Assembly (NCBI RefSeq): GCF_006345805.1
Contig: NW_021836257.1
Location: 1-24,925 of the forward strand
Length of the DNA stretch: 24,925 nt
Origin: Octopus sinensis
Lineage: Eukaryota
Direction of reading: 5' to 3'
Of this stretch, positions 9,458-21,185 are shown one piece after another (positions within the stretch are counted from its first letter, which is position 1; each line of letters opens with the position of its first letter). The notes beneath the pieces were generated by a model. The model was not told where the DNA came from. It ran no database searches and worked only from the letters and a program-made list of their open reading frames with translations. The position numbers were made by a program, and so were the translations under genes.

Positions 9458-9768
9458 GTGGAGGCGCAATGGCCCAGTGGTTAGGGCAACGACTCGCAGT
9501 TTCGATTCCTAGACCGAGCGTTGTGTATGTTTATTGAACGAAAACACCTAAAGCACCACGAGGCTCTGGCAGGGGGTGGTAGCGATCCCTGTTGTATTCT
9601 TTCGCCCCAACTTTCTCTCACTCTTTCTTCCTGTTTCTTGGGTAACGCTGCGATGGATTGGCGTCCCGTCCAGCTGGTGGTGGTGGTGGTGGTGGTGGGG
9701 GGGGACACATACGCCATAGAAACCGGGAAAACTGGGTCATGAGGCTGGCTAGGCTTGAAAAGGGCGAG
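9458..9768 (+). mobile_element. tRNA-derived SINE family C
   Basis: A box TGGCCCAGTGG, B-box-like GTTTCGATTCC, tail GCTGCGATGGATTGGCGTCCCGTCCAG..GCCATAGAAACCGGG. Candidate TSD TAATGTTGA at 9445 and 9774. The head is shared with 22874-23005. Confidence 0.8.
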
Positions 9769-10426
9769 AAAAATAATGTTGACTATGGAATTAAAATTAT
9801 TTCTGCTTTTTTTTAAAAATAAAATTATGCGATAGCTTAAGAAATAATTTTAGTAAATTATTTACTTATATTACAGTAATTTAATTTTTGTATAAATTAT
9901 AAATATATATTTATTAATTATCTATTGAATTAACATTTCAAATACATATAACGTAAATTTCGATGTTTAGTTTTACTAAAAAGTACAAGAAAACAATTAT
10001 TTCATCATATATTTTACGGCTAAATAATAAACTATTTTAATTTATTTTGAATTAACAACGTAGTAGAAGAGCAATTTTAGCCATTTAAAAACCAGAGAAA
10101 CTCTTAAATTTCCTTTTCATATCTTTCTTGTGGTGTCAAAATTTGACACCAAGAAATAAACGAAAAGTGAATTTCACAGTTTCGTATTTTTAAATAACTA
10201 AAATGGCTGACTTTTCTACTGTGTAATTGTCTCATTTGCGACATATGACTCCGAACCAAGTAACTTTCTAGACAAACACATTTCCAAAACTCTTTCAATT
10301 ATATTTTAAATTATATACTTAGATCTGAAGTTAGAAATTCATTTAATTACCAGCATTAAGATTTCAATAATTATGATGTTATGAACACATTTTAAAATTA
10401 TGTTATTAAGAATATATTCTTCTATA

Positions 10427-10817
10427 GGCACAAGCGTGGCTATGTGGTAAGAAGCTTGCTTCTCAACCACATGGGCCCGAGTTCAGTCCCATTTCGTGGT
10501 TCGTTGGTTAAGTGTCTTCTATTATAGCTCCGGACCGATCAAAGTCTTGTGAGTGGTTTGGTAAACGGAAACTGAAAGAAGCCCGTCGTACATATATATA
10601 TATATGTGTGTGTGTGTGCATGCGTGCATGCATTTCTGTATGTATTTGTCACCCATCAACATTTAACAACTGGTGTTAGTATGTTTACGTTCCTGTAACT
10701 TAGCGGTAATGCAAAAGAAACCTATAAAAATAAGCCCTGGAGTCAATTTGTTCGACCAAATCCTTCAAAGCGGTGCCCCAGCATGGCCGCAGTCTAATTA
10801 CTGAAACAAGTAAAGAT
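10427..10817 (+). mobile_element. full-length SINE family A
   Basis: Head GGCACAAGCGTGGCTATGTGGTAAG, B box GAGTTCAGTCCC, central microsatellite, tail GCGGTGCCCCAGCATGGCCGCAGTC..ACTGAAACAAGTAAAGA. Confidence 0.88.
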
Positions 10818-10830
10818 TTCTTCCACCATT

Positions 10831-10918
10831 GCCTCGGACCGACCAAAGCCTTGTGAGTGGATGTTATGGATGGAAACTAAAAGAAGCCCATCATATATGT
10901 GTATGTATGTATGTATGT
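10831..10918 (+). mobile_element. SINE family A internal fragment
   Basis: GCCTCGGACCGACCAAAGCCTTGTGAGTGGAT..AAGAAGCCC followed by (TATG)n. Confidence 0.8.
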
Positions 10919-11070
10919 TGTTATATTGGTTTTAGTTATGAAAGAAATGATGAAATATTTTCAATAACTGTCGAAAAATTCCAGGTCTATAGTTCTCCTC
11001 ACCACTTCAATTGCCTGTGCGACTATTACCACCATGTCCATCCGCAGCTACATTCACCATCATCTTCAAA

Positions 11071-11283
11071 ACCACCACCACCACCACCACCACCACCACC
11101 ACCACAACAACCACGACCACCGCCACGACCACCGCCACCGCCACCGCCACCGCCACCACCACCGCCACCACCACCACCACCACCACCGCCACCACCACCA
11201 CCACCACCACCGGCCACCACAACCAACAACCACCACCGCCGCCGCCACCACTACCACAACCACCACCACCACCACCACCAACC
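11071..11283. repeat. (ACC)n/(GCC) compound trinucleotide repeat
   Basis: Direct reading. Confidence 0.95.
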
Positions 11284-11619
11284 CTCACTCCACCATCCTC
11301 AATATCGCCTCTACTATCACCATCTTTTTTTTCTAAAGTTCACTCAAAGATGAGATTATTTCGCAGGTCTAGAATGATGGATTCTTATTTCGGATCGTTT
11401 TGCTTTGATCTTTATTAATAAACTCACCTTTGTACCAGGTCAGACTAGATATGTCCAGTGAAGGCGGTCCAGTGTACATGGACGAAGAAAATTGGCGATG
11501 TTTTAAGACTGCTCAATCACTGTTTTATCTTTCTAAATTTATTTCCAATTGCTGTGGACTTGGAATTTAATCCCAAAGTGATAGACATTGAATTAAATAT
11601 CTATCACTAGAATAAATGG

Positions 11620-11712
11620 CGGTAGCGGTAGTTGTGGTAGTGGTGGTTGTGGTGATGAGGATTGTGGTGGTGGTGGGGGATTGTGGTGGTGGTTGTTGTT
11701 GAGGTGGTGGGG
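11620..11712. repeat. degenerate (GGT)n repeat
   Basis: Direct reading. Confidence 0.85.
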
Positions 11713-13305
11713 AGTCGATGAAGGTTATGTAATCCTAGCTATTACGATCTGCTCGAAATATGAATAAAGAAATTCATATAATTTATCAACCGTAGTCACT
11801 CGCATCCCACCCAGAAGATCAATTATCTTTGCCAGCTAAACTCCGTGAAACCGGCGTCAGCTAATCAGGGGTCTTTGCGAGAACTACTTCGTGAATTTAG
11901 AGAACCTGAAAGAAAGACAGAAAGAGCGCTAGACAGAGAGAGAGAAGAGAGAGTGAGAGAGAAGAGGCGAAAGAAGAAGGAAAGAGAGAGCGAGAGAAGG
12001 AGAAGGAGCAAAACGAAGACTTTGTTTCATATCTCGAGGATGAATAATTAATTCCTAATTAGACGCAATTCTACAAAATTTTGTCAAGAAGCGATAAAGA
12101 AGGATGATATTTATTTCATTCCCAGCATGATTAACTCTGTAAACGAAGTGAATTGGCTTCAAACGTCATCAGTAATCAATACAGACAGGCATATCGATCT
12201 TAGAGAGAAACCTACGTTATGCTCTGCGGCACCTTGTATCATTAGGATTAATATAATTGATTAAATGCTGAACTACATTACGCATGTACATTATTAAGAA
12301 CAGAAATACCTCCACCACAAGATATAGAGACAAACGATGTTCATATCAAAGAAACAATCTTGTACTATTTCACCTTACGTCTAAGATAGCATGTAATTCA
12401 AAGTTCTCAATGTCGCTACCGACGCTAAACTACAAAATCTCTGTGTGGACCCATATAGCGAAACCTTATCTAAATCTGTGCCCCACAAAGTAGCATTTGT
12501 TTTTTCTCTTCGGAGTCAAGTAATATTTCGAATTTGGTCTGTAGTTGATCTCCTCAAAACTTAAGCAACCCTCGGCTAAGCCCTGCTACCTTTTCGAATC
12601 GGTGCAGCAGCCACAAATAGGAACACCCAACTCCAACAACGCGGCGTCTGTGCGGTACATCGACCTGCCTAAAAATGGTAGCCAAATACCTCTCAAGTCA
12701 CTCCTTGAAGTATTAGAATATAAAAAGTGATGACCATGGCTGGAACAGCGTTTTTCAATCAAAGCTGACCACCTCTCCAGAAAATAACGGCGACAATCCA
12801 TGAAGATTCATTTTTGTGTGCTGATAATTAACTCATTTGGCTCGACTTTCGTTCAGACCAAGCAAACACGTAACGGATCCAGTATATTTCATTAATTGTA
12901 TAATCAGGTTATTCTTAACGCCGAGGACAGCCGTAATGATATGGGAATTTGTTTTGAAAAAAGGACGATGTTTGGGAAGACAGGTAGAATATCCAGTGGA
13001 ATGTTTGCAATATAGTCAATCTTGGGCCACGAGAGATTAAGGACTGCACCTTGGTGACTTTAATGACAATTCGAGCGGTCAATGAAAGCAGCCATTTTGT
13101 CGGCTAGGGATCAGTAACATCTTTTTTTGCAGTTGCTCGCTTTAGAATTTTCTTTTACATTTGTCCATAGCTCACATCATCATCATCACCACCAGTAAAA
13201 CTACCATCAACATCCCCACCCCTACTACTATTATGGTTATTATCCTTCTCCATAAAATCCTTACTACTGATATGTGTTTTTTTTTAAATTCCGGTACAAG
13301 GGCAA

Positions 13306-13675
13306 AGGAGGCGAACTATGAAAATCGTTACCACGCCGGACAAACTCCTTAGCTGCATTTTGTTCTTCTTTACATTCTGTGTTTCAATTCTGCCGAGGTT
13401 TACATTGCTTTTCATCTTTACTAGTACAAATAAGTACTAGTTGAGCACTGTGGTCGATGTAATCGACCAAGCCCCTCTCTCCAAATTTCAGGCGTTATGC
13501 CTATAATAGAGAGAATTTAGGACCCAGTGTAATGGCGGGCAAGCTGGCAGTATCGTTAGCATGTCGGACAAACTGCTTAGCTACGTTTCGCCAGTCTTCG
13601 CTTTCTGAGTTCAAATACCACCGAGGAATTGAATAATTTTGAAGTTACTGACCTTGTGTCGATATTTGAATCCGA
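13306..13675 (+). mobile_element. two adjacent decayed family B SINEs (heads at ~13306 and ~13534)
   Basis: Colinear with 17168-17370: GGCG..AGCTGGCAG.ATCGTTAGCA.G.CGGACAAA..CTTAGC..TTCTGAGTTCAAAT..CCGAGG and GGTCGATGTAATCGAC. Confidence 0.75.
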
Positions 13676-13746
13676 TTGACGTACAAGAGCAAGGACTTGA
13701 ACTCAGAACGTAAATTTCCATTAATAGTAATTGAAATACTTATATA

Positions 13747-13788
<42 letters not shown>

Positions 13789-14335
13789 CCCCAGCATCGA
13801 ACCATGATTTATTCTAGCATCTACACATCTCCTTCTGTATCACCACGACCAACATCACCAGCAACAACATCAATATGCAGAAAAAATCTGCAAAGAAATG
13901 CCACAAAATAGACCAAGAAGAAAAGCAAAAATACAAAATGAAGCATACACCCATATATATACACTCCAAAACAAGTAAAAAAAAATACGAAAGTAAACAA
14001 AACCTGTAATTACTAACAAAACTGTACCCCGCCTCCCTAACACAGCACTCCACGCCCCAGAAGTTGCGTAATGTGACTTTGGCCGTTAGATTAAAACAGT
14101 ATTCCTTGTATTTTATTCATTTATTTATATAATATTTTATTTTATTTTATTTTTCTTTAAATAATATTGACTTGATAATGTTGCCATCTTTTCCAGTGGG
14201 TGACCAGGAGGTAAAATAATACATTGATTAATTAAAGGTCATTAGAAATCACAGTTAACCGATGATCAGAACACTTTTTCTGCCCCTACCCGCTTTCTCT
14301 TCTGTTTCTTTGTTTTCTTCCTTCATATTCTTTAT

Positions 14336-14336
<1 letters not shown>

Positions 14337-14366
<30 letters not shown>

Positions 14367-14439
14367 CATCCTCATCCTCATCATCATCCTCATCGTCATC
14401 ATCATTATTATTATCATCCTCATCCTCATCATCATCATC

Positions 14440-14477
<38 letters not shown>

Positions 14478-14481
14478 CATC

Positions 14482-14513
<32 letters not shown>

Positions 14514-14646
14514 CGTCATCATCGTCATCATTATCGTCATCATCATTATTATTATCATCATCATCATCATCATCATCATCAGTATTATCATTATTATTAT
14601 TATTATCCTTATTATAATAATAATAGTTATTATTATATTATTATTA

Positions 14647-14704
<58 letters not shown>

Positions 14705-14720
14705 CATTGTTATTATTATT
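14337..14720. repeat. (CAT)n/(TAT)n compound microsatellite
   Basis: Direct reading. Confidence 0.95.
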
Positions 14721-15042
14721 ATAGTATTTGATATTCCATATTGAGCCTCTTTATTAAAGTGTATATGGTTTGTTGGTCAAGCGATTCGTTGGTTGCAAAA
14801 AATAAATAATTAAAATAAAATACAAAGAAAAAAAAGAGGCCGAAACGAAATTAATTGAGAAGGCAATGGGCAGGAGTGGTGCGGTGAGATAAGAAGAGTA
14901 AAAGAAAGAAAGGAAGAAGAAATAGAAGGCATGAATATAAAGAAATGCAAAATAAAAGGAACAAAGGTAAAAAAAAAAAACATGATAGGAAAAAAGAAAA
15001 AACAGCAACATTTGCAGCTACTGCACAAGCAGTATGACAAAG

Positions 15043-15140
15043 CACACACACGCACACACAACACACACACACACACAACACACACACACACACACAAATA
15101 CACACACAAATACACACACAAATACACACACACACACACA
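15043..15140. repeat. (CA)n with CACACACAAATA subunits
   Basis: Direct reading. Confidence 0.9.
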
Positions 15141-15198
15141 ATCAAATATGCGCAAATACATTAAGTGACAAAGCGTAGAAACATGATACACGACGTCA

Positions 15199-15314
15199 AC
15201 TACTACTACTACTACTACTACTAGTACTACTATCATTACTACTGCTACTACTGCTGCTGCTGCTGCTACTGCTGCTGCTGCTGCTACTGCTGCTGCCACT
15301 GTTGCTGCTGTGTT

Positions 15315-15362
<48 letters not shown>

Positions 15363-15376
15363 AACTACTACTACTA
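15199..15376. repeat. (ACT)n/(GCT)n compound microsatellite
   Basis: Direct reading. Confidence 0.95.
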
Positions 15377-15400
15377 AAACAACAGATATATTAGCATGTA

Positions 15401-15649
15401 AAAATTCCGAAGATTTCCTGGAAAGTTCTGAGGATTAGAATTCCTAGAAAGTTCCGAGGACTTCCGAGGATGAGACTTTCTGGAAAATTCCGAGGACCCC
15501 CTGGAAAGTTCGGAGATTGAGATTTCCTGGAAAATTGCAAGGACTTCCTGGAAAGTTCCGAGGATGAGACTTCCCGGAAAATTCGAAGGACTTCCTGGAA
15601 AGTTCTAAGGATGTGACTTCCTGGAAAATTCCAAGGACTACCTGGAAAG
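15401..15649. repeat. minisatellite with alternating 21- and 26-bp units (47-bp dimer), core GACTTCCTGGAAARTTCCRAG
   Basis: Cores start at 15524, 15545, 15571, 15592, 15618 and 15639 (spacing 21/26/21/26/21), with further units at 15415, 15441, 15477 and 15498. Confidence 0.92.
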
Positions 15650-15662
15650 ATACGATGAACGG

Positions 15663-15915
15663 AACAGCTTGCTCGTTAAATTAACGTGCAAGTGGCTGAG
15701 CACTCTACAGACACGTGTACCCTTAACGTAGTTCTCGGGGAGATTCAGCGTGACACAGAGTGTGACAAGGCTGGCCCTTTGAAATACGGGTACTACTCAT
15801 TTTTACCAGCTGAGTGGACTGGAGCAACGTGAAATAAAGTGTCACCAGGAATTGAACTCACGACCGTACGATCGTCAGCCGAATGCCCTAACCACTAAGC
15901 CAGGTGCCTTCACAC
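15663..15915 (-). mobile_element. tRNA-derived SINE family D
   Basis: Minus-strand head GAAGGCACCTGGCTTAGTGGTTAGGGCATTCGGC..GAGTTCAATTCC has A and B boxes, followed by the core TTTCACGTTGCTCCAGTCCACTCAGCTGG. Confidence 0.85.
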
Positions 15916-16692
15916 AATGGTCTTGGATAATACGCATTTCATCATAAATTTGCTCAATCTGAGACAACCCGGGTTAAAATGACAACAGCATCCTCAACAT
16001 CCCCTATTTCCGTTTGTCTCCCGCCAATGGCTACCACATTAAGAAAAACTGACAAATATTTATAAAAGGAAATATAAAAAAGATGGAAAACTAAAAGAAT
16101 TTTGACAAAATGCAATAACCGATGCGATTCTAATAAAATCCATTTCTTTGACCAATTTTAATATGATTCCTTTTGTGTTTATCAAATTTTCCTGCTCTAT
16201 CTTTTTTTTATTTTTACCAAAAAATTTATTTCTCTTGCTGCGAAAAAAAAAAGTCTGAAACTTTTTTGGAAAAAATTTTGTCACTAAAAAAGCAGAACAA
16301 GAAGACTAACTTTAAGATGGCCAACTCATGGAAGAATAACATCGAAAAAAGAAAAGCAAACGAAAAACCAGAAAGATGTAAAAGAACGCAAAGAGACTTG
16401 ATATCTGCCAGTGTCGCAGGTAAAACAGAAAGCAAAAGAAAAGAAAAAGAAATTTAAAACCACAAATATTAAACAAATCTAAACGGAAAGTAAACAACAT
16501 TTTTTAATCTAATTTCGTTTTTGTTTTCAAAATATCTCTTTATTACGTCATTCGTGCAACAAAATAATCTGTTTGGAAATTTGAACTCGAAGAGTGGCGT
16601 TACACAACAATCATTGCTTTGTTATACTACGGCCAGGGTGACCACAAATATGTGCATTAATCTTGTATGAATAATTAATATTTAGGATTAGA

Positions 16693-17165
16693 TAATTCCG
16701 TCGAGATCGACTTCGAAATTGCTGGCGTTGTACCAAAATTTGAAGTCAACGTTTTTAGAATGGATGAAAGTGGTTTGTGTTCTGATACATTTGGTAACGT
16801 CGCTTTACGAACATCTTTCATCAGATCCTGCCGAGTTCCACATTGCCTTTTAACGTTCCAGGGTTTGTAATGTAATAAATTAGCAGAATCGTTGGAACAC
16901 GTCTGACAAAATGCATCGTGATCTTTGTTCTAGCTCTTCGTATTTCAAATCTTGTAGAAGTCAACTTTACATTACATTGGATCGTGCCAAACCAAACCTT
17001 TGGATTGGCACAATCATTATCCACAGTCCTTGGATAAAGTGGTTTGTGGCATTCGTTTCGAAAACCCGTTGAGGTCAACTTTGCCTTTTGTTCCCTCTGC
17101 AGGTCGTAAAAACGAGGTAACAGATCCAGGCTTATACTGGGACCAATCGTATCTATTAACCCCAT
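16693..17165 (+). mobile_element. pile-up of decayed family B SINE fragments
   Basis: Degenerate versions of TTCAAAT.C.GCCGAGGTC.ACTTTGCCTTT recur at ~16695, ~16828, ~16944 and ~17066. Confidence 0.55.
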
Positions 17166-17167
17166 AA

Positions 17168-17370
17168 GGCGGCGAGCTGGCAGAAACGTTAGCACGCCGG
17201 GCGAAATACTTAGCGGAATTTCGTCTGCCGATAAGTTCTGATTTCAAATTCTGCCGAGGTCGACTTTGCCTTCCATCCTTACGCACTGGGGTCGATATAA
17301 TCGACTTAATCCATTTGTCTGTCATTGTTTGTCTTCTCTGTGTTTAGCCCCTTGTGGGTAGTAAAGAAAT
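17168..17370 (+). mobile_element. young SINE family B with 17-bp target-site duplication
   Basis: Head GGCGGCGAGCTGGCAGAAACGTTAG, B-box-like TTCAAATTC, tail AGCCCCTTGTGGGTAGTAAAGAAAT. TSD GTATCTATTAACCCCAT at 17149-17165 and 17373-17389. Confidence 0.92.
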
Positions 17371-18849
17371 ATGTATCTATTAACCCCATCACTTCAAAAT
17401 TAGTCTCTGTCTGTCTTAATTACAAAAAGAAAAAATTCTTCCTGGGTTGATTAAATAAGTTTCCAGTAAAATAATTGATTGAATATTACTGTATAATAAG
17501 ATAGATGTGATCGGAATAATACTATAAAATGAAATCAACATATCAAGTTCTATAAAATATGTCCTAAATATGTACTGCAGCGCAATGATTTAATTGCACA
17601 GAGATCAAGATCTTGTGTTTATTTTAGAAATCGATATTATATAGATTTCAGGATCGGTAGAGCAACGAGTACAATGTCTTGCACCATTCCCCTAAACCGA
17701 ACTTTGTGTTTTAATATACAAGGGAGACGGAGTAGAAGTGGGGGATCGATAAATAACTCACAGTTCCGTATTGATGTTGATATGATCCACTGCTCTCTCT
17801 CTCTCTCTATCACTCTGTCTCTCCCTATCTCTCTCTCTCTTCTTATCTCTTTTTCTCTTTCTCCTACCAATCATTATGCTTTTAAGACTATTACAAATTA
17901 GTGTTTTATGCATTTTAGACTATTGTCAATTGTAAAATAAGATTTCGTGACCATAACAAGATTTGTTATTTCTTGTTCATTTCCACTTTGATCCAGGTCA
18001 ACGCCGATCGATCAGATCAATAATCAAGGCGTTCCAGCCATGATCAATCCTTTGTTTCTATCTGCTGTACCATAAGATCTAATGAGTCCTTTCCTAATAT
18101 GGTGCAGTTTTATGGAAAATTTGGTTGATCGAATAACAATCAAATTTTCGATTGCTGTTCAAGCGATCACACAGGATCTTTCTCTTCATTACATTATTTC
18201 TCAGAGAAAAAAGGTGCACGATCGAATACTTCAATTCACTTTATTCGGCGCTCCACTGATTCTCTTAGTCGTCAGCCTTATATAAACATTATTGTAAAGC
18301 AGAGACTATTTAAGTGTGATTGCATAGCTCATTGTGTAGGCATTAATAGACAAAAGAGTTCTGGCTTTTATAGAAGGGACACTCAGTGAAGGGTAAGAAA
18401 TATAATTTGAGACAATCAACACCGTCATATAGAGATTTGTAACCGTATCAGCACAGAGCATTGGACAAAAGGCAAAATCTTTGTTTGTGAGATTTGAGTT
18501 TACTGTGAAGAGTGGGGTAACTAAATCAGAAAAATAATTTACTTTGGACTTTTAATGTTCCCTCAATCCAATCGTATATTATGTATTATCAATAATATTT
18601 CTGGAACTTGTGAGGAAATTAAGTAAATGTGTCGAACTTCGCTATTGCCGAGAATCTCTGCAGTCGATAGCACAGTTTTAGCATATTTAGGAACGCATCC
18701 CTTCCTTAAGGTTAGAAAATATTTCATTCACCAATTTCTGAAACCCTAGAGGGCTCAAATGAGATCCTTGATGAAGTACTGCATCCAAATCTGGGTAGAT
18801 ACTTCTACGAAACACAGGCTTCATGGATCACATCTAGAGGAGGGCCACC

Positions 18850-18952
18850 CAACATGGTTGCGGGTTCAGTCATACTGTGTGGCACCTTGGACAAGTGTCT
18901 TATGAAAGCCTCGTGAGTGGATTCGTAGACAGAAACTGAATGAAGCCCGTCG

Positions 18953-19006
<54 letters not shown>

Positions 19007-19225
19007 TATTTATATGTTTGTGTTCTGTGTTTGTCCCTCCAGCATCGCTTGACAACCAATGCTGGTGTGTTTACGTCCCCGTAAATTAGCAGTTCGGCAT
19101 AAGAGACCGATAGAACAAGTACTACGCTTAGAAAGAATAAGTCCTGAGGTCGATTTACTCGACTAAAGGCGGTGCTCCAGCATGGCCGCAGTCAAATGAC
19201 TGAAACAAATAAAAGAATAAAGGAA
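18850..19225 (+). mobile_element. SINE family A (5'-clipped) with (TA)n insert
   Basis: Colinear with 10427-10817; tail GGCGGTGCTCCAGCATGGCCGCAGTCAAATGACTGAAACAA. Confidence 0.88.
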
Positions 19226-19864
19226 TATATATCTTAGTTAATATTTCTATATTTTGTTTTTGACACTTTTTTATATGTAATGTAGAATTTGCATTGCTTT
19301 ACTAACATTTTATTGTAGTATATCTCAACATACTCCGCATTCCTCCAAGAAAAGTATAAGAGGGGAATAGTCTACAACAGGTTGACAAAATTTCAATTAG
19401 TGTCGGTCAGAAAAAGTTAATATAAAAACGTTACGCACATGGGAATGTACGCCGAAAAAGGGCACACGAAAAGTGGGCTGACATTGTGGGCACACATACA
19501 TACACACACACATATGTATATCTCCGCTGCACTATATTTTCTTTCACAAAAATACCAGACTGAGAGATCATACCATTCATTAACAAAAAAGTTGAATATG
19601 AAATATTTGTTTCTGCCTTTGAAGCATTAATAAAAATCTCCCGGAAAGTCAAGAAAGCGGTGACCGGAAGCGTAGTCACATAAAAAATAAAATATAATGA
19701 AATAAAATAAAATTTTAAAAATTTCAAAATTTTGACCGAGAGAAAATTCACAGAAGAAAACGCCACATTTCATTTAAACACCATAAATATTAATTAAATC
19801 TAATTAAATAAATATTATTTTAAGTCGTTTATTTGGGCAAGAATGAATTTTTCACTAAATCGTG

Positions 19865-19867
<3 letters not shown>

Positions 19868-19907
<40 letters not shown>

Positions 19908-19970
19908 TGTGCGTGTGTGTGTGTGTGTGTGTTTGTGTGTATTTGTCTGTGTTGGTATGTGTGTATGTGC
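19868..19970. repeat. (CT)n(GT)n microsatellite
   Basis: Direct reading. Confidence 0.9.
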
Positions 19971-20449
19971 TTAGATGTGTATGATATGATTGAGTGTGTA
20001 GTGTAAATTTTTTCCCCGAGATTTGTCTGCGACTGTTTTCTGGCCACGTCCATACGAATCGGTTTCGAGCCTTGTTTGGGATATTGAGTGCTACATATCA
20101 CTTTTCGCTCACCTTTGCCATTTCACAGCTGGAGTTCCAATTTCTCCCGAAGTAACTTTCGCCTTTCATTCATCCAGTATGTCAGATGGAATACCTCTAA
20201 GAATCTTTTTCGACGCGCTAACGATTCAGTCGGCGCTTCGCCTTGCCTTATGGTAATGGAATTACATTGATATTTCTTGTATATCCAAATTCTTCTCGTT
20301 CTTTTGCCTATTCTTCTTCCTATATCGATGATTATTTAAATACATTTTACCTACACATACCACCACAAAGAACTTATAGATTCTATACCACATAATCTTA
20401 TATTTATTTCATTTCATTTAAGTCAATGTTCAACACAATAATTTGTTGT

Positions 20450-20548
20450 TTCTTCTTCTTCTTCTTCTTCTTCTTCTTCTTCTTCTTCTTCTTCTTCTTC
20501 TTCTTCTTCTTCTTCTTCTTCTTCTTCTTTTCTTCTTCTTCTTCTTCC
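20450..20548. repeat. (CTT)n microsatellite
   Basis: Direct reading. Confidence 0.95.
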
Positions 20549-20630
20549 ACAAAGAATAATCTCTAATTCGAGCCTACTCTAAGTTACTAAGAATGCGTGT
20601 GGCAACTTGAAGATCCACTCACCATACGCG

Positions 20631-21185
20631 ACAGACAAACGGATTAAGTCGATTATATCGACCCCAGTGTGTAACTGGTACTTAATTTATCGACCCCGAA
20701 AGGATGAAAGGCAAAGTCAACCTCGGCGCAATTTGAACTCAGAACGTAACGACAGACGAAATAACCATTTCTTTACTACCCACAAGGGGCTACACACAGA
20801 GAGGACAAAAACAAGGGCAGACAGACGGATTAAGTCGATTATATCGACCCCAGTGTGTAACTGGTACTTAATTTATCGACCCCGAAAGGATGAAAGGCAA
20901 AGTCAACCTCGGCGCAATTTGAACTCAGAACGTAACGACAGACGAAATACCCATTTCTTTACTACCCACAAGGGGCTACACACAGAGAGGACAAAAACAA
21001 GGGCAGACAGACGGATTAAGTCGATTATATCGACCCCAGTGCGTAACTGGTACTTAATTTTTTCGACCCCGAAAGGATGAAAGGCAAAGTCGACCTCGGC
21101 GGAATTTGAACTCAGAACGTAACGGCAGACGAAATACGGCTATGCATTTCACCCGGCGTGCTAACGGTTCTGCCGGCTCGCCGTC
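20631..21185 (-). mobile_element. SINE family B with body tandemly triplicated (186-bp period)
   Basis: GGATTAAGTCGATTATATCGACCCC at 20641, 20827 and 21013; a single tRNA head at ~21185-21138. The central GCCTTTCATCCTTTCGGGGTCGATAAATTAAGTACCAG resembles the Meta/MESC SINE domain (from recall). Confidence 0.92.

Noticed and set aside
9458-9515. tRNA genes here and at 15845-15915, 17168-17255 and 22874-22945
   Set aside because: A and B boxes are present but there is no complete cloverleaf, and each continues into a SINE body.
10829-11418. Pro-, Thr-, His- or Gly-rich ORFs resembling formin, extensin or mucin
   Set aside because: All six frames are open because of (ACC)n; one ORF starts inside a SINE; no domain context.
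12545-12770. 61-aa ORF as a possible exon
   Set aside because: No recognisable homology. Its 3' flank (GACCATGGCTGGAAC) matches the reverse complement of ~18023-18036, suggesting an old repeat.
14262-14744. His/Tyr/Ile-rich ORF, and the similar ones at 23460-24071 and 24216-24695
   Set aside because: Products of (CAT)n, (TAT)n and (CTT)n repeats.
15401-15649. CRISPR-like array
   Set aside because: The units are contiguous with no unique spacers, there are no cas genes, and the context is eukaryotic.
20607-21080. 157-aa ORF with internal repeats
   Set aside because: It is the antisense reading of the 186-bp (62-codon) SINE tandem.
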